Assembly: GCA_028699255.1 (NCBI GenBank)
Contig: JAQVUX010000004.1
Span: forward strand, 88,668 to 152,667
DNA length: 64,000 bases
Direction of reading: 5' to 3'
DNA from: Candidatus Omnitrophota bacterium
GTDB taxonomy: Bacteria > Omnitrophota > Gorgyraeia > 2-01-FULL-45-10
Shown: positions 56,253-64,000 of the stretch, one piece after another
How the letters are laid out: each line of letters starts with the position of its first letter
How positions within the stretch are numbered: position 1 is the first letter of the stretch
Notes under the pieces: model-generated
The model's database searches: none
Seen by the model: the letters and a program-made list of their open reading frames with translations, nothing else
What the model was told of the DNA's origin: nothing
Made by a program: the position numbers and the translations under genes

Positions 56253-56319
56253 CTTATATTGACACCATATCTCTCGAGGCTTATAATTAACATAAATAAG
56301 CTATATTCCTTTGGCTACA

Positions 56320-56456
56320 TATAAAAGGAAGCGGGGGAACCAAGCCACGGTCTACGATAGATCTTGGGGCGAATATCTAAAATATCTACAATGTAGTAGA
56401 TTAGGGTCACTCAACCCGAGCCCGACAGCTAACCCCGTAAGCTAACATGAGAGAAT
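56320..56456 (+). promoter_or_regulatory. Candidate c-di-AMP riboswitch (ydaO/kimA class) in the kdp leader
   Basis: GCGGGGGAACCA, UUGGGGCGAAUAUC, and GGGUCACUCAACCCGAGCCCGACAGCUAACCCCGUAAGC resemble conserved ydaO-motif segments as recalled from memory. An intrinsic terminator follows. Confidence 0.55.
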
Positions 56457-56458
56457 GC

Positions 56459-56495
56459 AAACCAGAGATAGGCATCCTCTGGTTTTTCTTTTTAA
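56459..56495 (+). terminator. Intrinsic terminator / riboswitch expression platform
   Basis: ACCAGAG/CTCTGGT stem followed by TTTTTCTTTTT. Confidence 0.65.
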
Positions 56496-56508
56496 GGGAA
56501 TCCGTATT

Positions 56509-56589
56509 ATGGATATTTTATTTATAGGAATAATTTTGGGTCTCACGATAATATCTTTTGCATTTGTCGCAGTATGCGGCAGATTATAA
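56509..56589 (+). CDS. 26-aa hydrophobic leader or micro-membrane peptide (MDILFIGIILGLTIISFAFVAVCGRL)
   Basis: RBS AAGGGA lies before the ATG. It is the first ORF after the riboswitch terminator. Confidence 0.3.
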   Translation: MDILFIGIILGLTIISFAFVAVCGRL

Positions 56590-56604
56590 GGCTGGGGTAG
56601 TAAT

Positions 56605-56697
56605 ATGACTATTATTTATTGGATAGGCGGCATAGTTTCACTGTTTTTATTTGCCTATTTATTGATCGCTCTATTGAAGCCGGAGATATTTTCATGA
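56605..56697 (+). CDS. kdpF: K+-transporting ATPase subunit KdpF
   Basis: 30-aa single TM peptide ending YLLIALLKPEIFS, as in the KdpF consensus. Confidence 0.6.
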   Translation: MTIIYWIGGIVSLFLFAYLLIALLKPEIFS

Positions 56698-56773
56698 TCC
56701 TTCGGCGTGGCCAACAGTCTGACAATAGCCTTGCTCAGGATTATTATGGTGAGCGAGCGAAGCGAGTCGAACC

Positions 56774-58519
56774 ATGAATTGGAATAATATTATTCAAGGC
56801 GGGATCTATCTTATAGCGCTAATCCTATTAGTTAAGCCGCTTGGGACATATATGGCCCGCATATACGAGGCAAAACCCGTTGGTCTTAACGTATGGTTTG
56901 GGCCTATTGAAAGATTAGTTTATCGCGTGTCAGGTATTAATCCTGAAGCAGGTATGTCTTGGAAGACATATGCTTTGGCAGTAATGATGTTCAATATTAT
57001 TGGCATAGTCGTTGTTTACGCTATTCAGAGACTTCAGCCACATCTTCCCCTAAACCCAATGTCCATACCACAAGTCCCCCCAGACTTAGCTTTCAATACC
57101 GCTGTGAGCTTTGCTACAAACACCAACTGGCAAAGTTATGGTGGGGAGGCCACATTAAGCTATTTTACTCAGATGATGGCTTTAACAGTTCAGAATTTTG
57201 TGTCAGCGGCAACGGGCATGGCAGTGCTTGTGGCTGTGATAAGAGGATTTATCCAAAAACAAACGGAAACCATAGGTAACTTCTGGGTAGATCTTGTTCG
57301 ATCTACATTATATATACTGCTTCCACTAGCTATAATACTTTCCGTTGTATTGGCTTCCCAGGGTGTTGTTCAGACATTTGCTCCGAGCGTAAAAGCTACG
57401 CTTATCGAAGCAACTAAAGATGCTACTGGAAAGATTGTTCCTGAACAGGTGATAGCTCTCGGTCCTGCCGCTTCTCAAATAGCTATTAAACAGCTAGGAA
57501 CTAATGGGGGAGGGTTTTTCAATGTCAATTCTGCCCATCCCTTTGAGAACCCCACGCCTCTGTCAAACTTCGTGGAGGTTTTGGCCATACTTTTAATAGC
57601 TGCAGCATTATGCTATACATTCGGATACATGGTTAAAGACAGGCGCCAAGGATGGGCGATTCTGGCCGCTATGTTAATTATCTTTATCCCATGTCTCTGG
57701 TTATGTACGCACATTGAACAACAGGGGAATCCTTTGTTAAGCAAATTAGGAATTGATCAGAGTGCGAGTGCTATGCAGCCAGGCGGTAATATGGAAGGCA
57801 AGGAAGCACGTTTTGGCATCGCGAATTCAGCTTTATGGGCAACAGCTACGACTGCCGCCTCCAATGGTTCGGTCAACTCAATGCATGATTCTTACATGCC
57901 TCTTGGCGGGATGATATCGATGTGGCTTATGCAATTAGGGGAGGTTATATTTGGCGGGGTTGGTTCAGGTCTTTACGGTATGATCGCATTTATTATTGTC
58001 GCTGTATTTATATCGGGCCTTATGATAGGGCGCACTCCCGAATATTTAGGAAAGAAAATCGAAGCGTATGAAATGAAAATGGCTTCTCTTATGATTTTAA
58101 TACCTCCGATGATTGTTCTTATGGGCACAGCCATTTCGGTAATTGTGCCTGCTGCTAAAAACTCAATTTTAAACCCTGGGCCGCATGGATTTAGTGAAAT
58201 ATTATATGCTTTTTCATCGGCAGGAAATAACAACGGAAGCGCGTTTGCGGGTTTAACTACGAATACGTTTTTCTATAATATCGCTCAAGGATTAGCGATG
58301 TTTTTCGCTAGATACTGGCTTATAATACCGGCTCTTGCGATAGCCGGATCACTTTCTAAGAAAAAGATAGTGCCTGTAAGTCAAGGAACTTTGCCTACAC
58401 ATACGCCGCTTTTTATTGTATTTCTGGTTATGGTTATATTGATTGTAGGTGCGCTCACTTTTTTCCCGGCATTGGCTCTTGGGCCTATTGTTGAGCACTT
58501 AACCCTTACTTCTATATGA
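56774..58519 (+). CDS. kdpA: K+-transporting ATPase subunit KdpA
   Basis: Typical KdpA N-terminus and selectivity-filter-like G-rich loops. Length 581 aa. Confidence 0.9.
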   Translation: MNWNNIIQGGIYLIALILLVKPLGTYMARIYEAKPVGLNVWFGPIERLVYRVSGINPEAGMSWKTYALAVMMFNIIGIVVVYAIQRLQPHLPLNPMSIPQVPPDLAFNTAVSFATNTNWQSYGGEATLSYFTQMMALTVQNFVSAATGMAVLVAVIRGFIQKQTETIGNFWVDLVRSTLYILLPLAIILSVVLASQGVVQTFAPSVKATLIEATKDATGKIVPEQVIALGPAASQIAIKQLGTNGGGFFNVNSAHPFENPTPLSNFVEVLAILLIAAALCYTFGYMVKDRRQGWAILAAMLIIFIPCLWLCTHIEQQGNPLLSKLGIDQSASAMQPGGNMEGKEARFGIANSALWATATTAASNGSVNSMHDSYMPLGGMISMWLMQLGEVIFGGVGSGLYGMIAFIIVAVFISGLMIGRTPEYLGKKIEAYEMKMASLMILIPPMIVLMGTAISVIVPAAKNSILNPGPHGFSEILYAFSSAGNNNGSAFAGLTTNTFFYNIAQGLAMFFARYWLIIPALAIAGSLSKKKIVPVSQGTLPTHTPLFIVFLVMVILIVGALTFFPALALGPIVEHLTLTSI

Positions 58520-60579
58520 AAACAAAATCATTATTCGACCTCGCTATTGTAATTCCGGCGATTGTGGATTCTATAAAAAAATTGAACCCCAAGCATCAGA
58601 TTAAGAATCCAGTTATGTTTGTCGTGTTGGCGGGAAGCGTGCTTACCACAGGCTTATATATTCAGGCCATTGTTGCGCATGGGGAAGCACCGGCAAGTTT
58701 TATTCTGGCTATAACGCTGTGGCTTTGGTTCACGCTAATATTTGCTAACTTCGCGGAAGCTATGGCTGAAGGTCGCGGTAAGGCGCAAGCCGCAAGCTTA
58801 AGGAAGGCAAGACGGGATACCCCAGCGAAGAAACTCTCAAGCCCTAAATATGGCTCAAGCTATGAAACAATTTCAGCTACGACAATAAGGAAAGGAGATA
58901 TTGTTTTAATCGAAGCGGGCGACATTATACCGATGGATGGTGAGATTATAGAAGGAGTAGCTTCGGTTGATGAAAGCGCGATAACAGGAGAAAGCGCGCC
59001 CGTCATACGCGAATCAGGCGGGGATCGCAACGCTGTTACCGGGGGAACGCGAGTACTTTCAGACTGGATAGTAGTACGAGTTAGTTCAAATCCTGGCGAG
59101 ACATTCTTAGATCATATGATAGCGATGGTCGAAGGCGCGAAACGACAGAAGACGCCCAACGAAATAGCGCTTAGCATTTTACTTGCGGTATTTACGATAA
59201 TATTTCTTTTAGCCACAGTAACGCTCCTTCCATTTTCTATCTATAGTGTTGTTAGCGCTGGCCATGGTGTACCTATTACAGTAACAGTATTAGTGGCGTT
59301 ACTCGTATGCCTTATACCGACTACTATAGGAGGCCTTTTGCCTGCCATTGGTATCGCTGGAATGGATAGGATGATCCAGGCAAACGTTATAGCTACTTCA
59401 GGACGTGCCGTTGAAGCGGCAGGGGATGTTGATGTTCTACTGCTTGATAAAACAGGTACTATAACGTTGGGTAATAGACAGGCGGTTGCTTTTATACCGG
59501 CCCAGGACGTCAAAGTCGAAGCATTGGCGGATGCGGCACAACTGGCTTCATTATCTGACGAAACTCCGGAAGGCAGAAGCATAGTGATATTAGCTAAAGA
59601 GAAATACAATATTAGAGAACGCCAAATCCATGAGCTTGAAGCGAAATTTATCCCTTTTACTGCCCAAACAAGAATGAGCGGAGTAGATTTAGGTGATGGA
59701 CGGCAGATCAGAAAAGGCTCAGCCGATGCGATAGAAGATTATGTGAAAAAGCTCGGAGGACTTTTCCCTGAAGATTTGAAATTAAATATTCAGAACATAT
59801 CCAAGACTGGCGGCACGCCGCTAGTAGTAGCGGAACATAAGAATGTATTAGGTGTTATTCAGTTGAAGGATATAGTGAAGGGTGGTATCAAAGAACGTTT
59901 CGCGGAACTGCGACGTATGGGAATCAAAACTATAATGATCACAGGTGATAACCCATTGACAGCTGCGGCCATAGCTGCCGAGGCAGGTATGGATGATTTT
60001 TTAGCGCAGGCGACACCTGAAACAAAACTTAAGCTTATCCGGGAGATGCAGCTTGGCGGTAGACTTGTCGCAATGACAGGTGATGGTACTAATGATGCAC
60101 CCGCTCTCGCGCAGGCGGATGTCGCAGTTGCTATGAATACAGGGACGCAGGCCGCGAAGGAAGCGGGCAATCTCGTAGATCTCGATTCTAATCCTACAAA
60201 ATTAATTGAGATCGTTGAAATTGGAAAACAATTACTTATGACCCGAGGATCATTAACTACTTTTAGTATCTCTAATGATGTTTCAAAATACTTTGCGATC
60301 ATTCCGGCGGCTTTTGTAGGAACATATCCTCAGCTAGACGCGCTTAATATAATGCACCTTACCACGCCGTCTAGCGCTGTTCTATCTGCGGTTATTTTTA
60401 ACGCCATTATCATAATAATGCTAATTCCACTGGCTCTGCGCGGTATACCTTATAAGCCGATGTCGGCAAGTCGCCTTCTGAGAGACAATCTTTTGATCTA
60501 TGGCATAGGCGGCATTATCGCGCCATTTATAGGGATAAAACTAATTGATATGTTGTTGGCTGCCTTGCATTTGGTATAA
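58516..60579 (+). CDS. kdpB: K+-transporting P-type ATPase subunit KdpB
   Basis: DKTGTIT phosphorylation motif. TGDN and [10 protein letters not shown] motifs. Confidence 0.9.
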   Translation: MKTKSLFDLAIVIPAIVDSIKKLNPKHQIKNPVMFVVLAGSVLTTGLYIQAIVAHGEAPASFILAITLWLWFTLIFANFAEAMAEGRGKAQAASLRKARRDTPAKKLSSPKYGSSYETISATTIRKGDIVLIEAGDIIPMDGEIIEGVASVDESAITGESAPVIRESGGDRNAVTGGTRVLSDWIVVRVSSNPGETFLDHMIAMVEGAKRQKTPNEIALSILLAVFTIIFLLATVTLLPFSIYSVVSAGHGVPITVTVLVALLVCLIPTTIGGLLPAIGIAGMDRMIQANVIATSGRAVEAAGDVDVLLLDKTGTITLGNRQAVAFIPAQDVKVEALADAAQLASLSDETPEGRSIVILAKEKYNIRERQIHELEAKFIPFTAQTRMSGVDLGDGRQIRKGSADAIEDYVKKLGGLFPEDLKLNIQNISKTGGTPLVVAEHKNVLGVIQLKDIVKGGIKERFAELRRMGIKTIMITGDNPLTAAAIAAEAGMDDFLAQATPETKLKLIREMQLGGRLVAMTGDGTNDAPALAQADVAVAMNTGTQAAKEAGNLVDLDSNPTKLIEIVEIGKQLLMTRGSLTTFSISNDVSKYFAIIPAAFVGTYPQLDALNIMHLTTPSSAVLSAVIFNAIIIIMLIPLALRGIPYKPMSASRLLRDNLLIYGIGGIIAPFIGIKLIDMLLAALHLV

Positions 60580-60640
60580 AGCCGATGTCGGAGACATCGG
60601 CACTTAGCTGGCACCGTGGCTTAATAAACTTGGGATAATT

Positions 60641-61219
60641 ATGTTTAGAGAACAGTTAAAATCTGCCATTCTTGTTTTTATAATATTGACGATAATCACA
60701 GGAGTTCTCTACCCGCTATTTGTAACAGGAATTGCTCAAGCTTTTTTCCATACCAAAGCTAACGGTAGCCTTATATATCGAAATGGAAAAATAATTGGTT
60801 CAGCCCTTATAGGACAACCATTTGATGATCCTAAATATCTATGGGGACGGCTGTCGGCCACATCGCCCGTGCCTTATAATTCTAATTCGTCATCGGGCTC
60901 AAATATTGGGCCGTCGAATGGAGCACTTTTAGAAACTGTAAAGTCCCGTATTGAAAAACTGCGTGCAGCCGATCCTAAAAACAAGATGCCTATACCCGTA
61001 GATTTAGTGACATCATCGGCGAGCGGGCTTGATCCGCATATAAGTAAGGCTTCCGCTTATTATCAGGTTCCTCGAATAGCGAAACAACTAGGGCTCTCTG
61101 TAAATATTGTAAAAAACATTGTTGATCAAAACGCAAAAGGGCGTCTCTTTGGTTTAATCGGAGAGCCGGTTGTAAACGTATTGAAGGTAAATATGGATTT
61201 GGATTCATACAAAAAATAG
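60641..61219 (+). CDS. kdpC: K+-transporting ATPase subunit KdpC
   Basis: Single N-terminal TM helix. SGLDPHIS motif. Confidence 0.85.
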   Translation: MFREQLKSAILVFIILTIITGVLYPLFVTGIAQAFFHTKANGSLIYRNGKIIGSALIGQPFDDPKYLWGRLSATSPVPYNSNSSSGSNIGPSNGALLETVKSRIEKLRAADPKNKMPIPVDLVTSSASGLDPHISKASAYYQVPRIAKQLGLSVNIVKNIVDQNAKGRLFGLIGEPVVNVLKVNMDLDSYKK

Positions 61220-61233
61220 AGTATATTATAGAC

Positions 61234-63420
61234 ATGACAAACGAAAATAATAATATCGACGAAATTCTGGCGCGGGTAAAGAGCGAAGGATCTAACCGCG
61301 GAAAGCTTAAGATTTTCTTCGGGGCAATGGCCGGAGTAGGGAAAACTTATTCCATGCTTGAAGCGGCAAGAGTTCTGAAAAAAGAAGGAATTGATGTTGT
61401 TGTCGGTTACGTAGAGACGCATGGACGCGCAGACACAGACGTTTTATTAGAGGGCCTTGAAATCCTGTTTCGTAAAGAAGTGTCATATAAAAACATCAAA
61501 CTTAGTGAATTCGATGTTGATTCGGCCTTAAAGAGGCGTCCCTCTACGATATTGGTTGATGAGTTGGCTCACTCGAACGCCCCCGGTTCTCGTCATCCTA
61601 AGCGTTGGCAGGATGTAGAGGAGCTCTTGGACGCAGGCATTAATGTCTATACGACTCTAAATGTCCAACACTGTGATAGCGCCAATGACGTTGTGGCCCA
61701 GGTTACAGGGGTAACAGTGCGCGAAACCGTCCCTGATACCTTTGTTGAAAAAGCAGACGATATAGAATTAGTAGATCTCCCTCCAGAAGACTTACTTAAG
61801 CGCCTCAAAGAAGGCAAAGTTTATCTTGGTGAGCAAGCCCAGCGGGCAATCCAGAATTTCTTTCAGATAGGAAATCTTATTGCACTGCGCCAATTAGCAC
61901 TACAGTATACAGCTAGGATCGTAGACGCTAAAATGCGATCCTATAAACAGGCGTATTCTATAACAAAGGTTTGGAATGTAAGAGATCGACTTTTAGTATG
62001 CATAAGCGCCAGCCCTCGAGCCACACGGCTTATACGGGCAGGAAAGCGCATTGCTTCCAGCATTGGTGTTGAATGGATTGTTGCTTACGTTGAGCCGATT
62101 TCTCAAATACCTAATAGAAGGGGCAAGGCCGATATAGTAGAGACAATGCGCTTTGCCGAACGATTGGGCGCTGAAACGGTTACACTTACCGGGTTAAATA
62201 TAGCGGAGACTATAATCGAATACGCTCGGTCAAGGAACATCACAAAAATTATTATTGGAAAGCCTGGCAAGCCCAAGTGGCATGAATTTATTTTTGGGTC
62301 CGTGATAAATGCGCTTGCGAGAAAATGCGGTGAGATAGATTTGTATCTTATGAGTGGAGAAACGCAGGAGCCGCCTGCCAAATACGAAGCGCCCACTTTA
62401 AAACCATTCCCATGGAAAGGTTTATTATGGGCTATGGGCGTCGTTGCAATTTGTACCATAGTAGATAGTTTTTTATTTAAGCACTTAAGCCTTGTAAATT
62501 TAATAATGATTTATTTATTAGGAGTTACCTGGATTGCTTATAAGTATGGCCGCAGAGCGTCAATTATAGCCTCGATCTTAAGCGTCTTATCTTTTGATTT
62601 CTTTTTTGTCCCGCCTTATTTCACATTTGCCGTAGCCGATGTAGAATATTTTATAACATTCACAGTTATGTTAGCGGTAGGCGTTATAATAGGAAGTCTT
62701 ACAGGACGACTTCGGCAGCAGACTACAGCTATGCGACTGCGGGAAAACAGGACTCAGGCATTATATTATCTGAATAGGGATTTGGCCAAAACATCCAGTC
62801 TGGATGAAATCTTTCAGATATCGGTTCATTATGTTCAAGAGTTTTTTAAATGTCCGGCTGTTATTTTTACGCCCGTAAAAGGGAAGAGTATCGCAATTCG
62901 TTTTGGCGATACCAAAGTAATGCCATTAAGCCCAAACGAAGAAGCTGTGGCCCAGTGGGTATATGAGCATAGAAAGATGGCGGGGAAGGATACGGACACA
63001 CTTCCAGGCTCACGAGGTATTTATTTGCCGTTAACCGGTGCTGAAAAGACCGTAGGCGTTATTGGGCTATTTCCTAGAGAAGAGAGGCAGTTAAACGATC
63101 CGGATCAATTGCATATACTCGAAATATTCGTAAAACAAACTGCCTCGGCGGTAGAAGGCGCTCAGCTTGCCGCCGCCGCGGTTAAAACTGATGCGGAAAT
63201 CGAAAGCCAGCGTCTGCGAAACTTGCTTTTAAGTACATTTTCTCTGGATCTTCCCGCGCCGTTAAAAATAATTTCTGAAGCCACTGCGGAATTGTTAAAA
63301 CCCGAGAATATGGATGATAAATTAAAACGTAGTGAATTAATTCAGAAGATCCGCGAACAGGCACAGCGCTTGAACGACCTCTCCTCCGAAATGACAAAGA
63401 TAATTAAATCGGAAGAGTAA
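61234..63420 (+). CDS. kdpD: KdpD-like sensor lacking the histidine kinase module (KdpD N-terminal domain, Usp, 4 TM and GAF only)
   Basis: GKLKIFFGAMAGVGKT P-loop of the KdpD N-domain, a Usp region and a TM cluster. It ends after a GAF-like region at 728 aa. No HisKA/HATPase domain and no kdpE follow. Confidence 0.75.
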   Translation: MTNENNNIDEILARVKSEGSNRGKLKIFFGAMAGVGKTYSMLEAARVLKKEGIDVVVGYVETHGRADTDVLLEGLEILFRKEVSYKNIKLSEFDVDSALKRRPSTILVDELAHSNAPGSRHPKRWQDVEELLDAGINVYTTLNVQHCDSANDVVAQVTGVTVRETVPDTFVEKADDIELVDLPPEDLLKRLKEGKVYLGEQAQRAIQNFFQIGNLIALRQLALQYTARIVDAKMRSYKQAYSITKVWNVRDRLLVCISASPRATRLIRAGKRIASSIGVEWIVAYVEPISQIPNRRGKADIVETMRFAERLGAETVTLTGLNIAETIIEYARSRNITKIIIGKPGKPKWHEFIFGSVINALARKCGEIDLYLMSGETQEPPAKYEAPTLKPFPWKGLLWAMGVVAICTIVDSFLFKHLSLVNLIMIYLLGVTWIAYKYGRRASIIASILSVLSFDFFFVPPYFTFAVADVEYFITFTVMLAVGVIIGSLTGRLRQQTTAMRLRENRTQALYYLNRDLAKTSSLDEIFQISVHYVQEFFKCPAVIFTPVKGKSIAIRFGDTKVMPLSPNEEAVAQWVYEHRKMAGKDTDTLPGSRGIYLPLTGAEKTVGVIGLFPREERQLNDPDQLHILEIFVKQTASAVEGAQLAAAAVKTDAEIESQRLRNLLLSTFSLDLPAPLKIISEATAELLKPENMDDKLKRSELIQKIREQAQRLNDLSSEMTKIIKSEE

Positions 63421-63608
63421 AAATTGTATTAATCACAAAAATGTCCGCCTATCAAAATTTCAAAATCTCTCGCCAATAATAGATAATTGTTATATAATAG
63501 CGTTGCCTACATCAGAGATAAGTATCAGAAAGCCCTATAAAGGGGACGCCAACATTCTTCACCCTTCCGTGATTTTGCTACGGAAGGGTTCCGGAGAAAA
63601 GTCTAACT

Positions 63609-64000
63609 ATGATAAAAGTTACGACCGAACTTATGAAGGACATCTCGGCCAAAGCAAAATCGTCCGCCAGGAAGCGGACGAACTACAATTTCCACAAAAA
63701 TCTCTCCGATCCTATCCAGCGCATGCTGAACGCGGCGGAGCCCGGCACTTATATCCAGCCGCACAAACATGAATCCCCCGACAAGATCGAGGTTTTTATC
63801 ATACTTAGCGGAAGGGCCGTCATGGTTGAGTATGACTCTGCCGGCAACATAGCCGATCATATTATTCTCGACGCGAAAGACGGGGCAAAAGCGGTAGAAA
63901 TACCGCCGAGACATTGGCATTCTTTTATAACGTTAAAGCCCGGCACAGTATTGTACGAAGTAAAGGAAGGCCCGTACGACGAAAAAGCCGACAAGCATTT
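63609..64000 (+). CDS. WbuC-family cupin; 3' end lies outside the window
   Basis: NFHKNLSDPIQRMLNA...PHKHESPDKIEVF...PRHWHSF cupin motifs. The ORF runs to the window edge. Confidence 0.5.
   Translation, partial: MIKVTTELMKDISAKAKSSARKRTNYNFHKNLSDPIQRMLNAAEPGTYIQPHKHESPDKIEVFIILSGRAVMVEYDSAGNIADHIILDAKDGAKAVEIPPRHWHSFITLKPGTVLYEVKEGPYDEKADKH

Noticed and set aside
63503-63772. 89-aa ORF upstream of and overlapping the cupin gene
   Set aside because: Out of frame with the clearly cupin-like reading frame starting at 63609. Contains a hairpin (ACCCTTCCGT/ACGGAAGGGT) more consistent with non-coding leader sequence.

Overview
This 64-kb window is bacterial chromosome from a diderm organism; it encodes porins, HldD, LPS and lipid-A modification enzymes and an ECF sigma factor. 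GC is about 48% outside one AT-rich island. It combines a housekeeping backbone with an unusually dense set of structured RNA genes and repeat families.

Protein-coding content, in order:
- A c-di-GMP module (a 5'-truncated GGDEF gene and a PilZ gene) around a porin and MFS sugar transporter pair.
- An M28 peptidase.
- RsmH, several flavodoxin-like proteins, an M50 protease and a pentapeptide-repeat protein.
- A BNR sialidase-like protein, an acyl-CoA synthetase and a lysophospholipase-like hydrolase.
- A gluconeogenic block: Zn-ADH, PckG and a DhnA-type aldolase.
- Lrp and an aminotransferase.
- A GH57 branching enzyme, a second GH57 gene and a DUF4912-like gene.
- MarC and a CNNM/CBS transporter.
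- A nickel locus: nikR, hldD, hypA, a porin and cbiM/N/Q/O. The CbiO ATPase carries a His-rich tail.
- An ECF sigma factor, anti-sigma factor and LTXXQ periplasmic protein module.
- An LgmABC-like GT83/GT2/YdjC lipid-A modification cluster.
- smpB followed by tmRNA.
- An AmiC-like amidase and murI.
- queDEF, class I fumarase alpha and beta subunits, rph and rdgB.
- A kdp operon (kdpF, kdpA, kdpB, kdpC) with a kinase-less KdpD.
- A partial WbuC-type cupin at the window end.

The most notable observations:
1. Two tRNA genes, tRNA-Asn(GUU) and tRNA-Arg(UCU), each carry an ORF-less group I intron of about 280-295 nt in the anticodon loop. The two introns look related.
2. tRNA-Pro and tRNA-Arg are preceded by tandem pseudo-leader modules. 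Each module repeats the first ~14 nt of the tRNA plus a conserved double GC-clamp hairpin.
3. tmRNA and tRNA-Leu share a duplicated ~200-bp hairpin-rich 3' trailer.
4. A short-palindrome family (AACCGCGTAGGTT) and a MITE-like TIR element are dispersed around these RNA genes.
5. A low-GC island lies next to tRNA-Asn. It carries an orphan membrane protein, a REPtron (an IS200-like RAYT transposase flanked by inverted REP hairpins) and a MazG-like gene. One REP copy extends the rsmH 3' end.
6. A degraded integrative element (ImmA/XRE pair plus a serine-recombinase fragment) sits beside tRNA-Arg.
7. A ydaO-type c-di-AMP riboswitch-like leader with an intrinsic terminator lies upstream of the kdp operon.
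8. A perfect palindrome overlaps the sigma-70 promoter of nikR.
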